Assembly: GCF_902652985.1 (NCBI RefSeq)
Contig: NC_047019.1
Span: 34,038,001-34,102,000 of the forward strand
DNA length: 64,000 bases
Direction of reading: 5' to 3'
Origin: Pecten maximus
Taxonomy: Eukaryota
In this document: piece after piece, positions 15,352 through 28,016 of the stretch
Position numbering within the stretch: position 1 is the first letter of the stretch
How the letters are laid out: every line of letters begins with the position of its first letter
Notes under the pieces: model-generated
Told to the model about the DNA's origin: nothing
What the model saw: the letters and a program-made list of their open reading frames with translations, nothing else
Database searches by the model: none
Program-made: the position numbers and the translations under genes

Positions 15352-15430
15352 TGGAAAGGCCACGTCTTGAAACCTCAGTGATCAACATCTTTGTCTGTTA
15401 CATTTCTTTCAAAATTTGGTATCAATTTAC

Positions 15431-15522
15431 CTTTCGGAAGTCTTCGTAAGAAAGACTAAGACAGTTCGGAATGTTCCATTTCTCTAGCTCTTGAATCCAG
15501 GAAAACCACGAACCGAAGAAAT
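15431..15522 (-). CDS. Sulfotransferase copy A, exon 3 (92 nt); exons 4-5 missing at the gap
   Basis: atatag|(H)FFGSWFSWIQELEKWNIPNCLSLSYEDFRK|gtaaat; in phase with exon 2; the gap begins 79 bp downstream. Confidence 0.9.
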
Positions 15523-15950
15523 CTATATTAAGATGAAATTGTGAGCATCAAATCGAATTTGAATAAGTCTTCAGATATAAAAAAGAAAATCTTATTTATT
15601 TTATTTGTTTTATGTTTTCATGAAACATATAACAATAGAACATGATAAAAAGTCATCTTAGGAAATGCATGCAGCAGTACGAGAGACGTTCATAATCCCA
15701 TAGTTTTCAGCCATATTAGTTTTATATTTGCTCTATATTTTCATAAAAATTATCACATTAAAGCATCATAAAATGTCACAAATTGATGCCGCCGTAAACG
15801 AGGCGTTCATAATCCCCCCCCCAAAAAACATTATAGTGGCCTGATTATGCTCTCATCTTCAAAACTGCATTTGCCTGAGCTGATCCAAGGCTTAGAAAGT
15901 TTTTTTTATTAAATTTCAAAGGCCACCACATGTCTCAGTTAAAATCTTAC

Positions 15951-16265
15951 GTTCTTCGCCGAGGAAATACTTAAGAAAGCCATCAAACGTTCCCTCGTAG
16001 CCGACAAATTTTGTCAGCTTTTGCAGCATGTGGTACAAGGATACCACGATGTCCTTCGGATTACGGGTGATGGTGACAATTTTCCCTTTACCGAGCTTCA
16101 TCTGTTCAGGGAGGAACCGGAAACGCAGGTGCGAGCCGAATGTTCGCGGCGACTGCATTTCTTCAATGTCGTTGAAATCCTGAAATTCCATCATTGTAGG
16201 TGTTCCATGATATTTCAAGGATCCTGACCGTAACATCATCACGGTGTTGTATAGCCAATGTGTAC
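15951..16265 (-). CDS. Sulfotransferase copy A, exon 2 (315 nt)
   Basis: ctctag|GTACACATTGG completes the 5'-PSB loop PKSGTHW; contains SPRTFGSHL (catalytic His) and RNPKDIVVS (3'-PB motif); donor C|gtaaga. Confidence 0.93.
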
Positions 16266-16549
16266 CTAGAGTATTAAACACTGTCATCTCAACTAGATTA
16301 TAAACCTTCTCAATGATATATACCATGAGTGTGTAGGTAATGGTATCACATCAGATAAACATTGAGCTCAACATGTTGACCGTGTTATGAAATATCAAAC
16401 GCATGTATGTCGTGTTTTTTTTCACTAGGCATATATATTACAAAAAAAAAAAATGGACAACCATAGGAGGATATATTTAAGTCGGAAGTCACATAGCCAA
16501 AGGTAAAATGCTTTTGAATACATGCTTTGTAATAAAATAAGACATTTAC

Positions 16550-16721
16550 CAGATTTAGGAAAAACGCAAACCAGCACATCATCCTCCTTGATATTGCGCT
16601 GGGCTATTTTGTCAAGCTGATCTCTAACATTTCCAATGAAATCCGTGGTAAACGGGTATCCGTTGTAACGTTTAAAGGCGTACTTGTTGTTTTCTTCGTC
16701 GACGACGGTAACAAGTTCCAT
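16550..16721 (-). CDS. Cytosolic sulfotransferase copy A, coding exon 1 (172 nt)
   Basis: MELVTVVDEENNKY...DDVLVCVFPKS-G; donor G|gtaaat; acceptor atgtag 3 nt upstream of the ATG. Confidence 0.92.
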
Positions 16722-17012
16722 GACCTACATAAACATAAATATTGTTGAAAAGAACGGTCGAATACAATATAAACAGATTTTATAGTATACAGTTTTACTG
16801 CAAGATCAACAAATCGATCAAGAATCATAATTAATGTCCACAACAGACCTTGAAGACCAGTAGAATCTAAAATGGTTCTGTTCCGTGACAAAGATAGCTC
16901 AACTCTCGTGTAAGAGTTTGGCCAGGCAGCACGAGGCTTGCCGAGTGCTGGCCAGGCACACTCTAACACGATGATTAAAATATCCTTGTTCGGGGAACAG
17001 ACCGAGGTTTGA

Positions 17013-17267
17013 TTATTTTTCTCGCATACAAGTAAATGTAATTGTTAAGAAACTTTTTTATCGCGCCATTTTCAATGTTCCTTGGAATGTGCGTCAAAGT
17101 AAATGACGTCGTCATTTACGACATGGTTACTCAGCGTAAAATGATGACGTAACGATATTTTGAGCAGCGTCATATAGCACGTGCCGACTGTTTTACCCCA
17201 TGTGTGAGATCAATATATCTTTTCCTTAGTAACAGCAGGACGATCCTGTTAAGTATGTGAGAAATAA
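17013..17267. mobile_element. Short non-autonomous element with terminal inverted repeats (MITE-like)
   Basis: ttattttttctcgcatac ... gtatgtgagaaataa are imperfect inverted termini. Confidence 0.5.
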
Positions 17268-17878
17268 AATATCACATCTATCCCTTTCCGAGTAAATAAA
17301 CCTGTTATTTCGAAAGTCGCGTTCAAACAGATTGTTTATGAAAGTTGACTGCATATCACAAATAATACTAAGATACTTAGCCTTGATAATTATTGTTGGT
17401 ATATTTTACTTAGTAGTGATATACATGGGTGTAGCTTGGTAAAAACTAATATTTATTCAAGGAGCAATGTTAAGTTGGCTTGCCATAAATATTCCACATA
17501 ATATGTTAGTAACTTGACTATATGTACACAAACTGATAGCTTCATTTGATTGCTGTAATAAAAAACCCTACTACCCTAATTACATTTACCACTTAAGATA
17601 ATAGTCATTTTTCATGACGAAGAATTAAATCCTGCCCCCTGTGCGTTGTCTAAACCACATAACTTAATGTAAGATCAGTACGCAACAAATTGGAAATAAT
17701 AGAAGCTGCATTATTCGGAAATTACATGGAAACACATCTCAACCATATCATACTTCATGAAGGTGTCAGTAACTTAAAATTTTCATGATTTTTCATCTCT
17801 TGCAATTTCCTCCCTGATTAGGAGCTATCATTACCTCACACTTATCACTTTTAATCTAGATAATTTGATTATTACTAG

Positions 17879-18407
17879 CGCTGCGGGTAGGATGTAAGAA
17901 ATTGTACCTGTTGCCCCCATTGCATGCTCATAAGAGACGACTAAATTTGGGATCTTATCTTTTTCTCTTCTTTCTTAGCAACTTCTTTCTTCCTTATGTC
18001 TCACTTGACATTGCCTCATATTTGGCCTTTAGTTGAGCATTCGCCCCTGTGAGGAAGGCTTTGGGTTCTGTCCCCTTGCCGAGACATACCAGAGTCTTTA
18101 ACAATGGTAGTTGCTGCTCATGTTTAGCGCTCAGCATATAAGGAGTGGGACGACTGGTTCGCCCGTTGTCGATATAATGTGACCGGGTGGGATGTCATGT
18201 TGGGTTCACGGCAGTTGCTTCAGTGAGGTAGTACTATAAATCGGCAAAAAATTCGGCCTATCACATGAAGACTTAACACAGACATACCGCAGCCTCCTAA
18301 AACACAAATACGCACTGACCACACGCATGCATATCGCACGCACGGGAGGCCGTCCTTAAATGACATCAGCTGTCGGTAGGACGTTAAACAAATAAAACCT
18401 AACCAAA
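17879..18407 (+). mobile_element. Composite tRNA-SINE (Meta-domain-like) with 5' extension, copy 1
   Basis: Collinear with 23431-23968; degenerate tRNA head (tggcctttagttgagc...gggttctgtcccc); core gactggttcgcccgttgtc..tataatgtgaccggg; tail gtccttaaatgac..taggacgttaaac; imperfect TSD tgattattactag/tggttattactgg. Confidence 0.85.
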
Positions 18408-19569
18408 TGGTTATTACTGGACAAGATGTGATAGATCAGCTTGATAACATTCATGACAAGAAACTTCTTGGTCCATACGAAATGATACCGAAAAGTTTTA
18501 AAGGACTCCAAATTTTCCATCGTCTTGGACATTAGCAAATTACCAATTAATCATGTTGCAAACTATAGACAAATGCTAATCACATCTTGCTTCAGTAAAA
18601 TGAGAACATGTACACTCACATGAAAAACGAAAGTAACCGCAATAAACTTGTAGCATCTACATATCATTTTGTCGCTTTAATATGACCAGTAATGTTTATA
18701 TATCGTTGCAGTTCTCCACTTCAGCATTTGCGCATTCGGGCTATCATAGCTGTTCCTCTTTTTAGAGTCACGAAGCTTTTTATTGGTTGGCAAACAGGGT
18801 ATATAAATACAAGTGTTGAAACCCTCGATAATTCACAGGAACAGGTACACATATCCAGTCACTGTGCACACAGCATGTTCGTGGCAATGGTAATCTACGA
18901 CCACGTTAGACAGGTACGTAAATACGTCCATATACGAGTTCAACCAGGTGTAGTCTTCCCCGATTGTAGTCCTACACCGATTGTAGTCATACAAGGCCGT
19001 ACTTAGGTTGATAGTTTCAATAATAAGGAGATTTCTCCCACAATCAATAATATATTGAGCGTCAGCCTGACAAAGATTGAAGCTGAAAAAAAGATCGAAG
19101 CTAAAATTCAATTACATCTGACGTTTTAAATTGGTACCGCGCTCTTAATATTCGACCTATAGCATATATTTGTTATTGGGATCCTTAATGATATAGCTTA
19201 GGAAAGTCAGCTCGTCACTTACATTCACTACGGTATACATGGATTTGTAATGGTAATACTTCAATAAAACACTGTATCGGTGAAATGCTAACCGCCGTCT
19301 AACTGATATGATATCTCCCTCGGTCTATTTACTGGACACGGAGATATATATACAACAACTGCACCTCAAAAAAGGACTTTTTTGTTGCATGCTCTGGTAT
19401 AATATGAGATTTTCAATCAGGGAATCTGCTTCGGGCAAGGAAACTAAAAAATTAAAGCGACGAATGCAAATATACTATACCGATCGCAGCATTTGGTACG
19501 GCATCTGTTTCTCTTCTACTTCATCTATATCAGTACATAGAATACATCCAGGTATTTCTTTACGTCCCG

Positions 19570-19990
19570 TTAACACTTTAAGCCATATAAAAGACAGTGT
19601 GTAGCTTACATTAAGGTATCCAATTAGTTATTTTGTATACTTGATATACACCTGACATGTTAGGTGTTGGCAAACCCACCAACAGAACTTGCCAACCTGA
19701 ATTACAAAGGATACTTACAAAAGTCATGCAAAGTTAATAACACATTAAGAGACATATTTGATACAGTATATACATACCTGTTTCTCTCCTGTTAGTGGTA
19801 CTACGTAATGTTCATGCAGCAGTGTTATGCATAGGCGTGTGTGAGTGTATCAATGATTGCTTTAATGTTATCCTTATATGACATATCACAGTATTCATTT
19901 TTTTTTTTTTTTAATTTTACATTCAAGGTTAACACTTACGGCAACAAATATATTTGTATTTGTTAAGAACAAATACATGCAATATTTCAA
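19570..19990. repeat. Paralogous block duplicated at ~42368-42810
   Basis: Shared acagaacttgccaacc..attacaaaggatacttacaaaagtcatgca and catacctg..ctcctgttagtggta..acgtaatgttcatgcagcagtg. Confidence 0.85.
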
Positions 19991-21001
19991 ACGTGTGTCC
20001 TACAAACAACCTTTCTACGAATAGCCACTGTTATACACCTATATATATTCGTCATCTCGTGTGGAATATTCTCCCACTTCAATCAATTAAAAACTATTTT
20101 GTTTATAGGGGCATAGTATGTACGCGCGGAATAAAAAAATGTATTTTAGCACATGGTATCACTCACTACGAATGTATTCCTCATTCATCTTCTTGCTGAC
20201 CGGCTCCATGAGCCTTCCTAGGTTAGGCAATCATACGAGGGAACTGTAACATCATCATAAAATTGAACTTTGTCGTCTTTTCCTTGTTATGCTTGGGTTC
20301 TCTTTCATACGAGCTTGGTTCTATTTCCCAAGAGCTTGACACTTTCCAACACGAACTGGCTGATGAAAGTGACTATGAAATCTGTGGGAATAAATTTTGT
20401 CTAGGTAGTTTGTTACTACAGGTAACTATATAAGAAGATACTCTCCACGGATTTATTGAATGATTCCGTTTAACGGCCCGTCGGCAACTACGGTCACTTT
20501 GTGTCAAAAAATATATATCTGGTTATCTCTGTGGTATATGGAATTTCAAGACGGCTGAATTTGTATTGTTATTCTTTGTTGTTTATTCTTTTTTTAAACT
20601 GTTGATGTTGACATCATGTGGTCGAGGGCTCTATATACACATTAGGAGGGTTTTACAAACAGTGCAGATAAAACATGAAACACACAAAAAAACGAATGAT
20701 AGATTGGATGTTTTCGAAAAGTGATCAGGGTGTATTGAAAATATTCTTCTTGATTATGCAGTAATAAATTAATGTTTAGGATCGTACCTGTCCACGGAGG
20801 TATGTCAGATATTTCGCTGGGTGAGATAAAAAAAAAAGTCGATACTAAGATTGCTCAGGAGTAGGGCTATCCGGATACCAAATGTTGGAATCAACTTTCC
20901 GTTTTGAACGAAATCGAAATTGATATAGGATTAAATAATAGATGGAATGAAATATTGGTGATACCAAATTTAGATTAGGGTGTGAACTGTAGTAACAATT
21001 T

Positions 21002-21367
21002 TATGGTGGCATATTTCTGCCATCGAGTTGCCGACTTACGACTTAAAGAGGTCGACATATTTCCGAGAAGATGTCGACATAAACCGAAAAATATGTCGAC
21101 TTAATAGTTTACTTACCGCGATAATATTGCCGTGATAATTATCTAGGAAATGGCTGGCAGAAATATGCCACCCTGCGATATAAAGCCGAGTTTCCGACTT
21201 CCTAGATACTTATCACGGCATTATTATCTCGGCAATTAAGCTAATAAGTCGACATATTTTTCGGTTTATGTCGATATATTTCTTTATGATGTTGACATCT
21301 TCTTGGAAATATGTCGACATCTTTAAATCGTAAGTCGGCAACTCGATGGCAGAAATATTCCACCATA
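21002..21367. mobile_element. Palindromic (foldback) MITE with 6-bp TSD CAATTT
   Basis: TIRs tatggtggcatatttctgccatcga / tcgatggcagaaatattccaccata; arms complementary over >140 bp; empty site with a single caattt at ~49562. Confidence 0.9.
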
Positions 21368-23430
21368 CAATTTAGCTCCAAGTGACTGATATAGTCGCAA
21401 AAGCAGTTCGCCGTCTGCACCCAAATATGTATGAAATCTTAAAAATGATGTAGTTTCCTTCTGTGGAGCTTTTCAGATGTATTGGTAGTCTTGCGGTTTG
21501 AGAGGCAACATCGATTGAAGAGATCGTCTGAACAGATTAAAAATGTATTGTTTTTACACCTTGAGATAAGTGAATGGTTTTCTATTCTCATATAACAAAA
21601 AGTTACCGTGTCGATTACATATGCCTTAAAACATCGGCCGATAACTTCGATCTTGATTCACAACATAACCATGTAACTACCATTTCTATATAGTAACAGC
21701 CCTGCTATACATGCAATGTTCATGTGTCCAATTTGACTACAAGAACTTGTAACAAATGACGACTGTCCAATTTATCCTCAAAGAAACAGAACGAAAACAA
21801 TGAAGGAATACGTCTCCAAACTATCTTCTAAAGCTTCGTCAGAAAATATTTGAAGACTCGATTAAATCACCTAGGCGCACGCAGGCACTGTTGATTAAAC
21901 TTAACAAATCAAATATATTGTGACAACACATAGTTTTAGTATAAATCCGGTACTAATCTATTTTTTTAATACACTACATTTTCTTTAATTGACTGAATGA
22001 TTCTGTTAATCATATTACTTATGGAGTCATTATATCGTGAGTTGTCATGAAATTGTCGTATCGAGGCACATGTTACCGATACAGAAATTAGAATCCTAGT
22101 TGTCTCTTGCAATTTATAAGAATTATTCAGGTGTTTGAACGGTGAAACTAAGTCGTCTGATTTAGGGTGTTAGGCAAAAGTCTCTTTCCTACCCATATTT
22201 TAATGTGGCGCACTACCACATGTTATTTTCAAGATAAGTCATGATACAGAGTCCTGACCACTTATTAGCGAATTATTACTGGCCTCAGAACTCACCAATA
22301 TGTTTGTAAATTACTTCTACTAACCATTACCGATATGAGAAGTAAAGAACTCGCTTACAGACGTATCTTGCCAATGCAGCTTTTCCAGATCAAATACATT
22401 AAAGAAACATTGCCTTGTATTTCTCTAAAACGCGTTTTGGGCTTACATAATAAAACATATTTTTAATATCGTGAACCTGAATGGTGGGAGGCGCGAAAAT
22501 GACTACTTTTCTGAAGCAAGTAAGGCTTAAATCTGAGATAATTAAAGAACAATGAGAACAGAGTTCATAACCTTTCTAACGGGGCAGACACTCACCTTAA
22601 AGCCAGTTAAAAGTGAGTTAGTGGCAAAAGTGAATTAATAATATAAAAACTCGTTATTTTTCTCAATTATGCAATATAGGTAGTCGGTATAATTCGTACA
22701 CATACGTTCAGCGCAGGGCATTCGAAAGTGTCCAGCCGTCTAGTCAAGTCAGTAAATATTCTTAATATCCTAGTCGTCAGTGTGTCGGAGAAAGTAAAAG
22801 GACAGTGTGCCTGAGAAATATTAAACAATATATTTTTTTAGATAGTGAAATTATGGATTGAGCATTGGTTTATACAATGTGTAAACCTGACTACCTGTGT
22901 TATGCTTGTTTTTTCACCATCAGAATTTGAACGATAGAGACGGAGACGGAAATCTTAATTACAAAAATACAAATCGCAGGGTTCAGTTTTAACTTTATTT
23001 ATTTTCCTAGTTCGTGAACATGATATGACACTGATATAAAAATGTTTTCTTAATTTGATTATTCACGACAGCATTGTAAACAATTTTTAATACTTAAAGA
23101 AATTAATTAATGTCTGAAGAAAATATGAAGGCGTAAAGGAAACATATACAGCTCGAGGTAGAGGGAAAGGAGAAATGAGAAACTAAGTGAAGGAAGCGAT
23201 TTGTAGACATATGTCGGTTTGATATTCCACCAACTATTGACGCGCCGACATTTTATAACAATGACAGGAATGATTATTAACAAAAAAATAATGTATATAT
23301 AATTACACACAATATATTTGATACAATAATTATAATATATAACCACATTTTGCCAAATTAGGGTGGGCGATATTTTATAATATTCTATTAGTTAATTATA
23401 TACTCTTTAATTATATACTTTGACCTCCAT

Positions 23431-23968
23431 TGCCCTGCAGGTAGGGCGTAATAATTGTACCTGCTGCCCCCATTGCATGATCCTAAAAGACGACTAAATT
23501 TGGGATCTTATCTTTTCTCTTCGTTCTGAACAACTTTCTCCTTCCTAATGTCTCCCTTGACAATGCCACACGTTTGGCCTTTAGTTGAGCGCTCGCCCCT
23601 GTGAGGAAGGCTTTGGGTTCAGTCCCCTGGCCGAGACATACCAGATTCTTTAAAAATGGTAGTTTATTTTCCGGCTTAGCGCTCAGCATATTAGGAGTGG
23701 GACGACTGGTTGGCCCGTTGTCAGTATAATGTGACCGGTTGGGGTGTGCTGCTGGGTGTCTTCGGCAGTATGCTTCAGTGAGGTACAATGTAGCACTTTA
23801 AATCGGCAAAAGTTCCGGCCTATCACAAGGACTTCACACGAACATATCGCAGCCTCCCAAAACACACATACGCACTCACTACACGCATGCATGTCGCACG
23901 CACGGGAGGCCGTCCTTGAATGACCTTAGCTGTTAATAGGACGTTTAACAAAATAAACCAAACCAAAA
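23431..23968 (+). mobile_element. Composite tRNA-SINE (Meta-domain-like) with 5' extension, copy 2
   Basis: 11-bp TSD ttgacctccat (23420-23430 and 23969-23979); empty site at ~51902 in X2; (aaacc)n tail. Confidence 0.9.
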
Positions 23969-24850
23969 TTGACCTCCATGTGACGATGTTTTATACAATC
24001 AGATTAAAGCATATTTTGATAAAGCGAAAAAGTGTGGATACATAGTTCGTGACTTGAGATATACATAAACATTTAAATAACTTTTAAATCACAGTACCAA
24101 ATATCGAATGATCATATGATGTGTGTCATATCTAGGCCCATATACCTGACACTACATCATGATCTGGCCATTGGTAGGTAGTGTCACACTGGTTATCTTC
24201 TAGCTAAAACTCCGGACTTAATATTATAATACATGTACGTCTCTGTTGGATGGTAAAATTGACTGAATAATGAAATAAAGTACAATTTAATATAGATTTT
24301 CAAATAATATTTCCGAGACTGACCTTTTTATTTTTATTTTTTATTATTATTATTATTACAAGCTAACCGGTAATAAGTATTTATATATTAAAAAAAAAAA
24401 CTACTGTATCTATCACCTGTGTTCATTGCAGTATAACACAATCTGTGTAAGATAGATTTTTATTCGGGGGAAAAAGTCTTTCTGCGATAAAGCACTGGAC
24501 AAAGTCTGAGTGCATAGAATCAAACAAAAAAGTGATGTGCATGATTTTTCTAAAACTTTTTTCTATTTATAGTAACATTATCTTTGACCTTTGACTTTCA
24601 AGCCTGAAGCTACATGTAATATTCTAAGCAAATACTTTCTTAAGTAGCAGTGATCTTGACCATCGGGCCCTGATAAGTTATCCTTGAAAGCAGGCACAAG
24701 GTAGAACTTGATAACTTCTAATAAGCATAATCAGCTCAGCTGAATTCATAATATATTGTACTTCAACTGATTTTCAATTTATAGAAATAGTGACATTGAC
24801 CATTGACCTGCAGGCCTGACAGAGTAATGAAGGTATTGTGCAGCAATCAA

Positions 24851-25210
24851 ACAAGATGCCCTATGGACCTGTATCAATGACCTGCTTCTCTGGACCTCTT
24901 GGCTATTGAGAAAAAAAGTGTTTCAATATTTTAGCATGTTCGACTCCCGTGACTGTGAATGAATGTCAAGGTCATTCATTTTAACAAACTTTGTATCACT
25001 TTACCACAGCATACTACAGGCCAAATATCAGGTCACTTGGCCTCTGGGTTATTGAGTAGAAGATTTTCAAATGTTTACAAGTTTGGCCCCTGTGCCCTAT
25101 AATGAAGGTAAAGGTCATTCATTCCAAAAAACTTGCTAGACTTTCCGGCATGTGATTGAGTTGAAAATAGACGGACAGACAGAGACCATTTCATTGTAGG
25201 GCACCACATC
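24851..25210 (-). mobile_element. Degenerate HINE/Helentron-like non-autonomous element
   Basis: Begins aacaagatgccctatggacctgtatc..acctg, the reverse complement of the 3' end at 30956-30990; internal ~150-bp repeats; acggacagacag microsatellite. Confidence 0.6.
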
Positions 25211-28016
25211 TCGTGATTTGGGACCATAACTACAAATGTTCATTTGAATGGAAGAATCCCCATTTTGGTCCCATTTCTCCCCCTTGCGCTGCGAGAGAAA
25301 CTCAAGTTTCTTAAAAACATTTAGTCCAGCTGAGTAATGCTCCAGAACAAGTTTGAAAACATTGTGATCATCAAGTTGGCCATACAGAAGAAGAACAAAT
25401 TAATAGTGATGTTCTCTTAGACTATTGAATGAAAAAGCAAAAGGACATAATTATTGATGTGATAAACATACTGCAATTTGAATTTAGTACATGTATGTGC
25501 TGATCTGACAAATCAGCAAATTCAAGATGTCCAACACCATCAGTATGCTCAAACATTCAACATAAAAGGAAGTGGCAGAGCATGTCTATATTTATTATAG
25601 CCATGCAAAATATTAATGTATTGCAAAACAAAAAGGAATTCTGCAACAACCAATTCTCAAAATTCACCTAAATATGATCATATTTTACCAAAAGGAAACT
25701 GGGAATATAGAGAAATGAGAAGAAAAATATTTAACAGAAAGAAATATAAAGAACCTTTTGAGGGACTTTAACTAAAGAGATATTATGAAAAAAAAATCAG
25801 AAATATACAAATAAGAAAGTGGGAACCTTACTATATAAAAGTTATATCTGATTGATATGAATAAGTCCCCTATCCCCAAAATGGAAAGTAAAACAACCAT
25901 AATTAAATCATGGAAACAGAAATGACTTTGTAAAGTTTCGAATCTTCTGTAACTTTAAGATTTCTTGAATTTGATGAATTTGAAAAATGAAGTCAATGAG
26001 TCTAAACAAAATAACGAACTTCATTTTTCGAACACTTCCAGATACATATGTATCATCAGATGTATATTAATTATGAAGTGCAGAACAATGAGGAAAAATG
26101 AACGATAAACTGCTAGAATAGCTAGACCTGTATAAGATATATATAGGAAAGAAAATAAAGGGACACAACTCTTCAAGTTAGTGGAAATCCAGCCCTGAAT
26201 TTAATGTGATGATTGTCTTTTGAGAATGTTTTCCTTGTATGTGTCTAACTTCCAGTGTTTGTGCCAGAGGAAACTCTGGCAACTCATTCTCATGAAGGGT
26301 CTTTGACCTGTTAGAAGGTGAGATTGCCAGATCTAATAATAAAATCTGATAAAAAAAATATTGCAGTGTTTTTGGATGGATCCACCAATGTTACTACAAT
26401 GTTTAATAAAATTGTTTTCGTATCAATAAAGCAAACTTATGTATTTTCCGTAATTATTTTCATTACAGATTTCAGAATTGAAGGAAATGCTTATGCTTGA
26501 GTTGATCCAAGAGATATAACACAGTATTCTAAAAAATATGTGTATTAATTATAATTGTCACAGAAAAATGTCAAACGCACAATATGATGTGGAGTGCATT
26601 GGATATAGAAAGCTTAATTCCTGCTCTGTAGTCAAGTTGTCAAGAATCATATCCTTTTACATACAATTTATATATATATATATATATATTGACTTTAATA
26701 GTTGTATTGAGGATTTATAACAAAGAAAAAAAACTATTCTTTCTACAGAGAATAGTGTGGAAATAGAGATGAACTAAATTAAAAAAATGTAGACAATACA
26801 ATCTGGTGATTTGTGTAAAATGAGCTTAATTTTACATCTTCATAGTGTGTTAAATTTACAGTCTGTCAGAACTGACAGAGAAAAACATTCCATACACACA
26901 TATGTTTTCTGCTTTTACTGGTGTCATTCCCTGTTGTGTCCAGTATGTAACATCTCATCTTCAATAACCAAAGTTTTATTTCTAAAACCATATTTTCATG
27001 ACTTAGCCTTGATAGGCCAAATAGAATAAAAGCTTTATTTCTACTAACCAATCTTAACCTTAAAAAGATTTCCCCCTAATCCATTTTTTCCTAAATTGCA
27101 AATATTTGTTACCTTTGTGTAGTTGATTCCTGTTTAACTGTCAGCAATACAAATTTACAATGTATATGTAATTCAATTGCACTTAAAATATAGATATCTC
27201 CAGGTTTTCCATCCATTGGTTATATCTGTTTCTTAAACAGTTCAATGAACTGTTACATTGTTCTATTTCAGATTTTCCTGTGTTGAATTGTTTCACTATT
27301 TCAGATTTTCCTGTGCTGAATCGTTTTTGCCAGATTGTTTAAAAACAATCCTACCCACCAATTAACTGGGTACCCTCTTTTCCATTTACCTGTTCGTAGA
27401 AACAAACGAGCTTTCCAATTAGTGTGTGTGTCTTTTTTAAGATTATCTAATGAAATTGTGTATTACATATGGGTAGACCATGGGTTCAAAATTCATTGCA
27501 AGTCCCTGGAAGTGTAAATAGTAATGGCAACACAGATTACTGTGGTGATTTGTGCAATATGTCAGATTTTTTGCTGAAATTATTCGGGGAAAATTTTCTG
27601 TATTTATATCAATTGGGAAAAATTAAATTGACTATATTCTTAATGTAAATTGGCAACAAAGGAAAAGACTAGGTGGCCAGTGCTGAAACAATCATAAGTT
27701 TCAAAGTTTTTTATCGTAAAAAGTTACACTATAATGTGGCGGACGAGGGGAATTAAATGCAAGGCTAAATCTGCCAAGGTTGAATACAAGATAATCAACC
27801 TTTGGTTAGAAAAGACAGTTAGATACAGAGGTTCGATAATAAACTGTAATGTGTCTTCACTTTTCTTTTGCTGGGTGTCTTCAGCAATTTAGATTCGTTT
27901 TAGTGAGTTAACCTTAAAGTTGGCATCAGATCCACAGTTCCACACTACCAAAAGGAGACAAACATGAACACTGCAGACTCCCAAAAACATGTATTAATAA
28001 CCAGACATTTATTTTG

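Larger units (their letters stand above)
20511..24322. repeat. Segmental duplication X1 (paralogue X2 at ~49091-52330); SULT 3' flank
   Basis: Collinear high identity, from ggttatctctgtggt..ggaatttcaagacggctga at the start to caaataatatttcc at the end. Confidence 0.93.

Noticed and set aside
14815-15388. ORFs of 182-184 aa
   Set aside because: They consist of the N gap.
15916-16326. ORF-track start MVYIIEKV (also at 55060) as an independent gene start
   Set aside because: It is intron-1 read-through; the true exon starts at the AG before GTHW and joins PKS-G in phase.
20350-20390. ctgatga...gaaa hammerhead-like core (also ctgatga at ~45557, ~47613, ~62080)
   Set aside because: Could not build stems I and III or the cleavage triplet.
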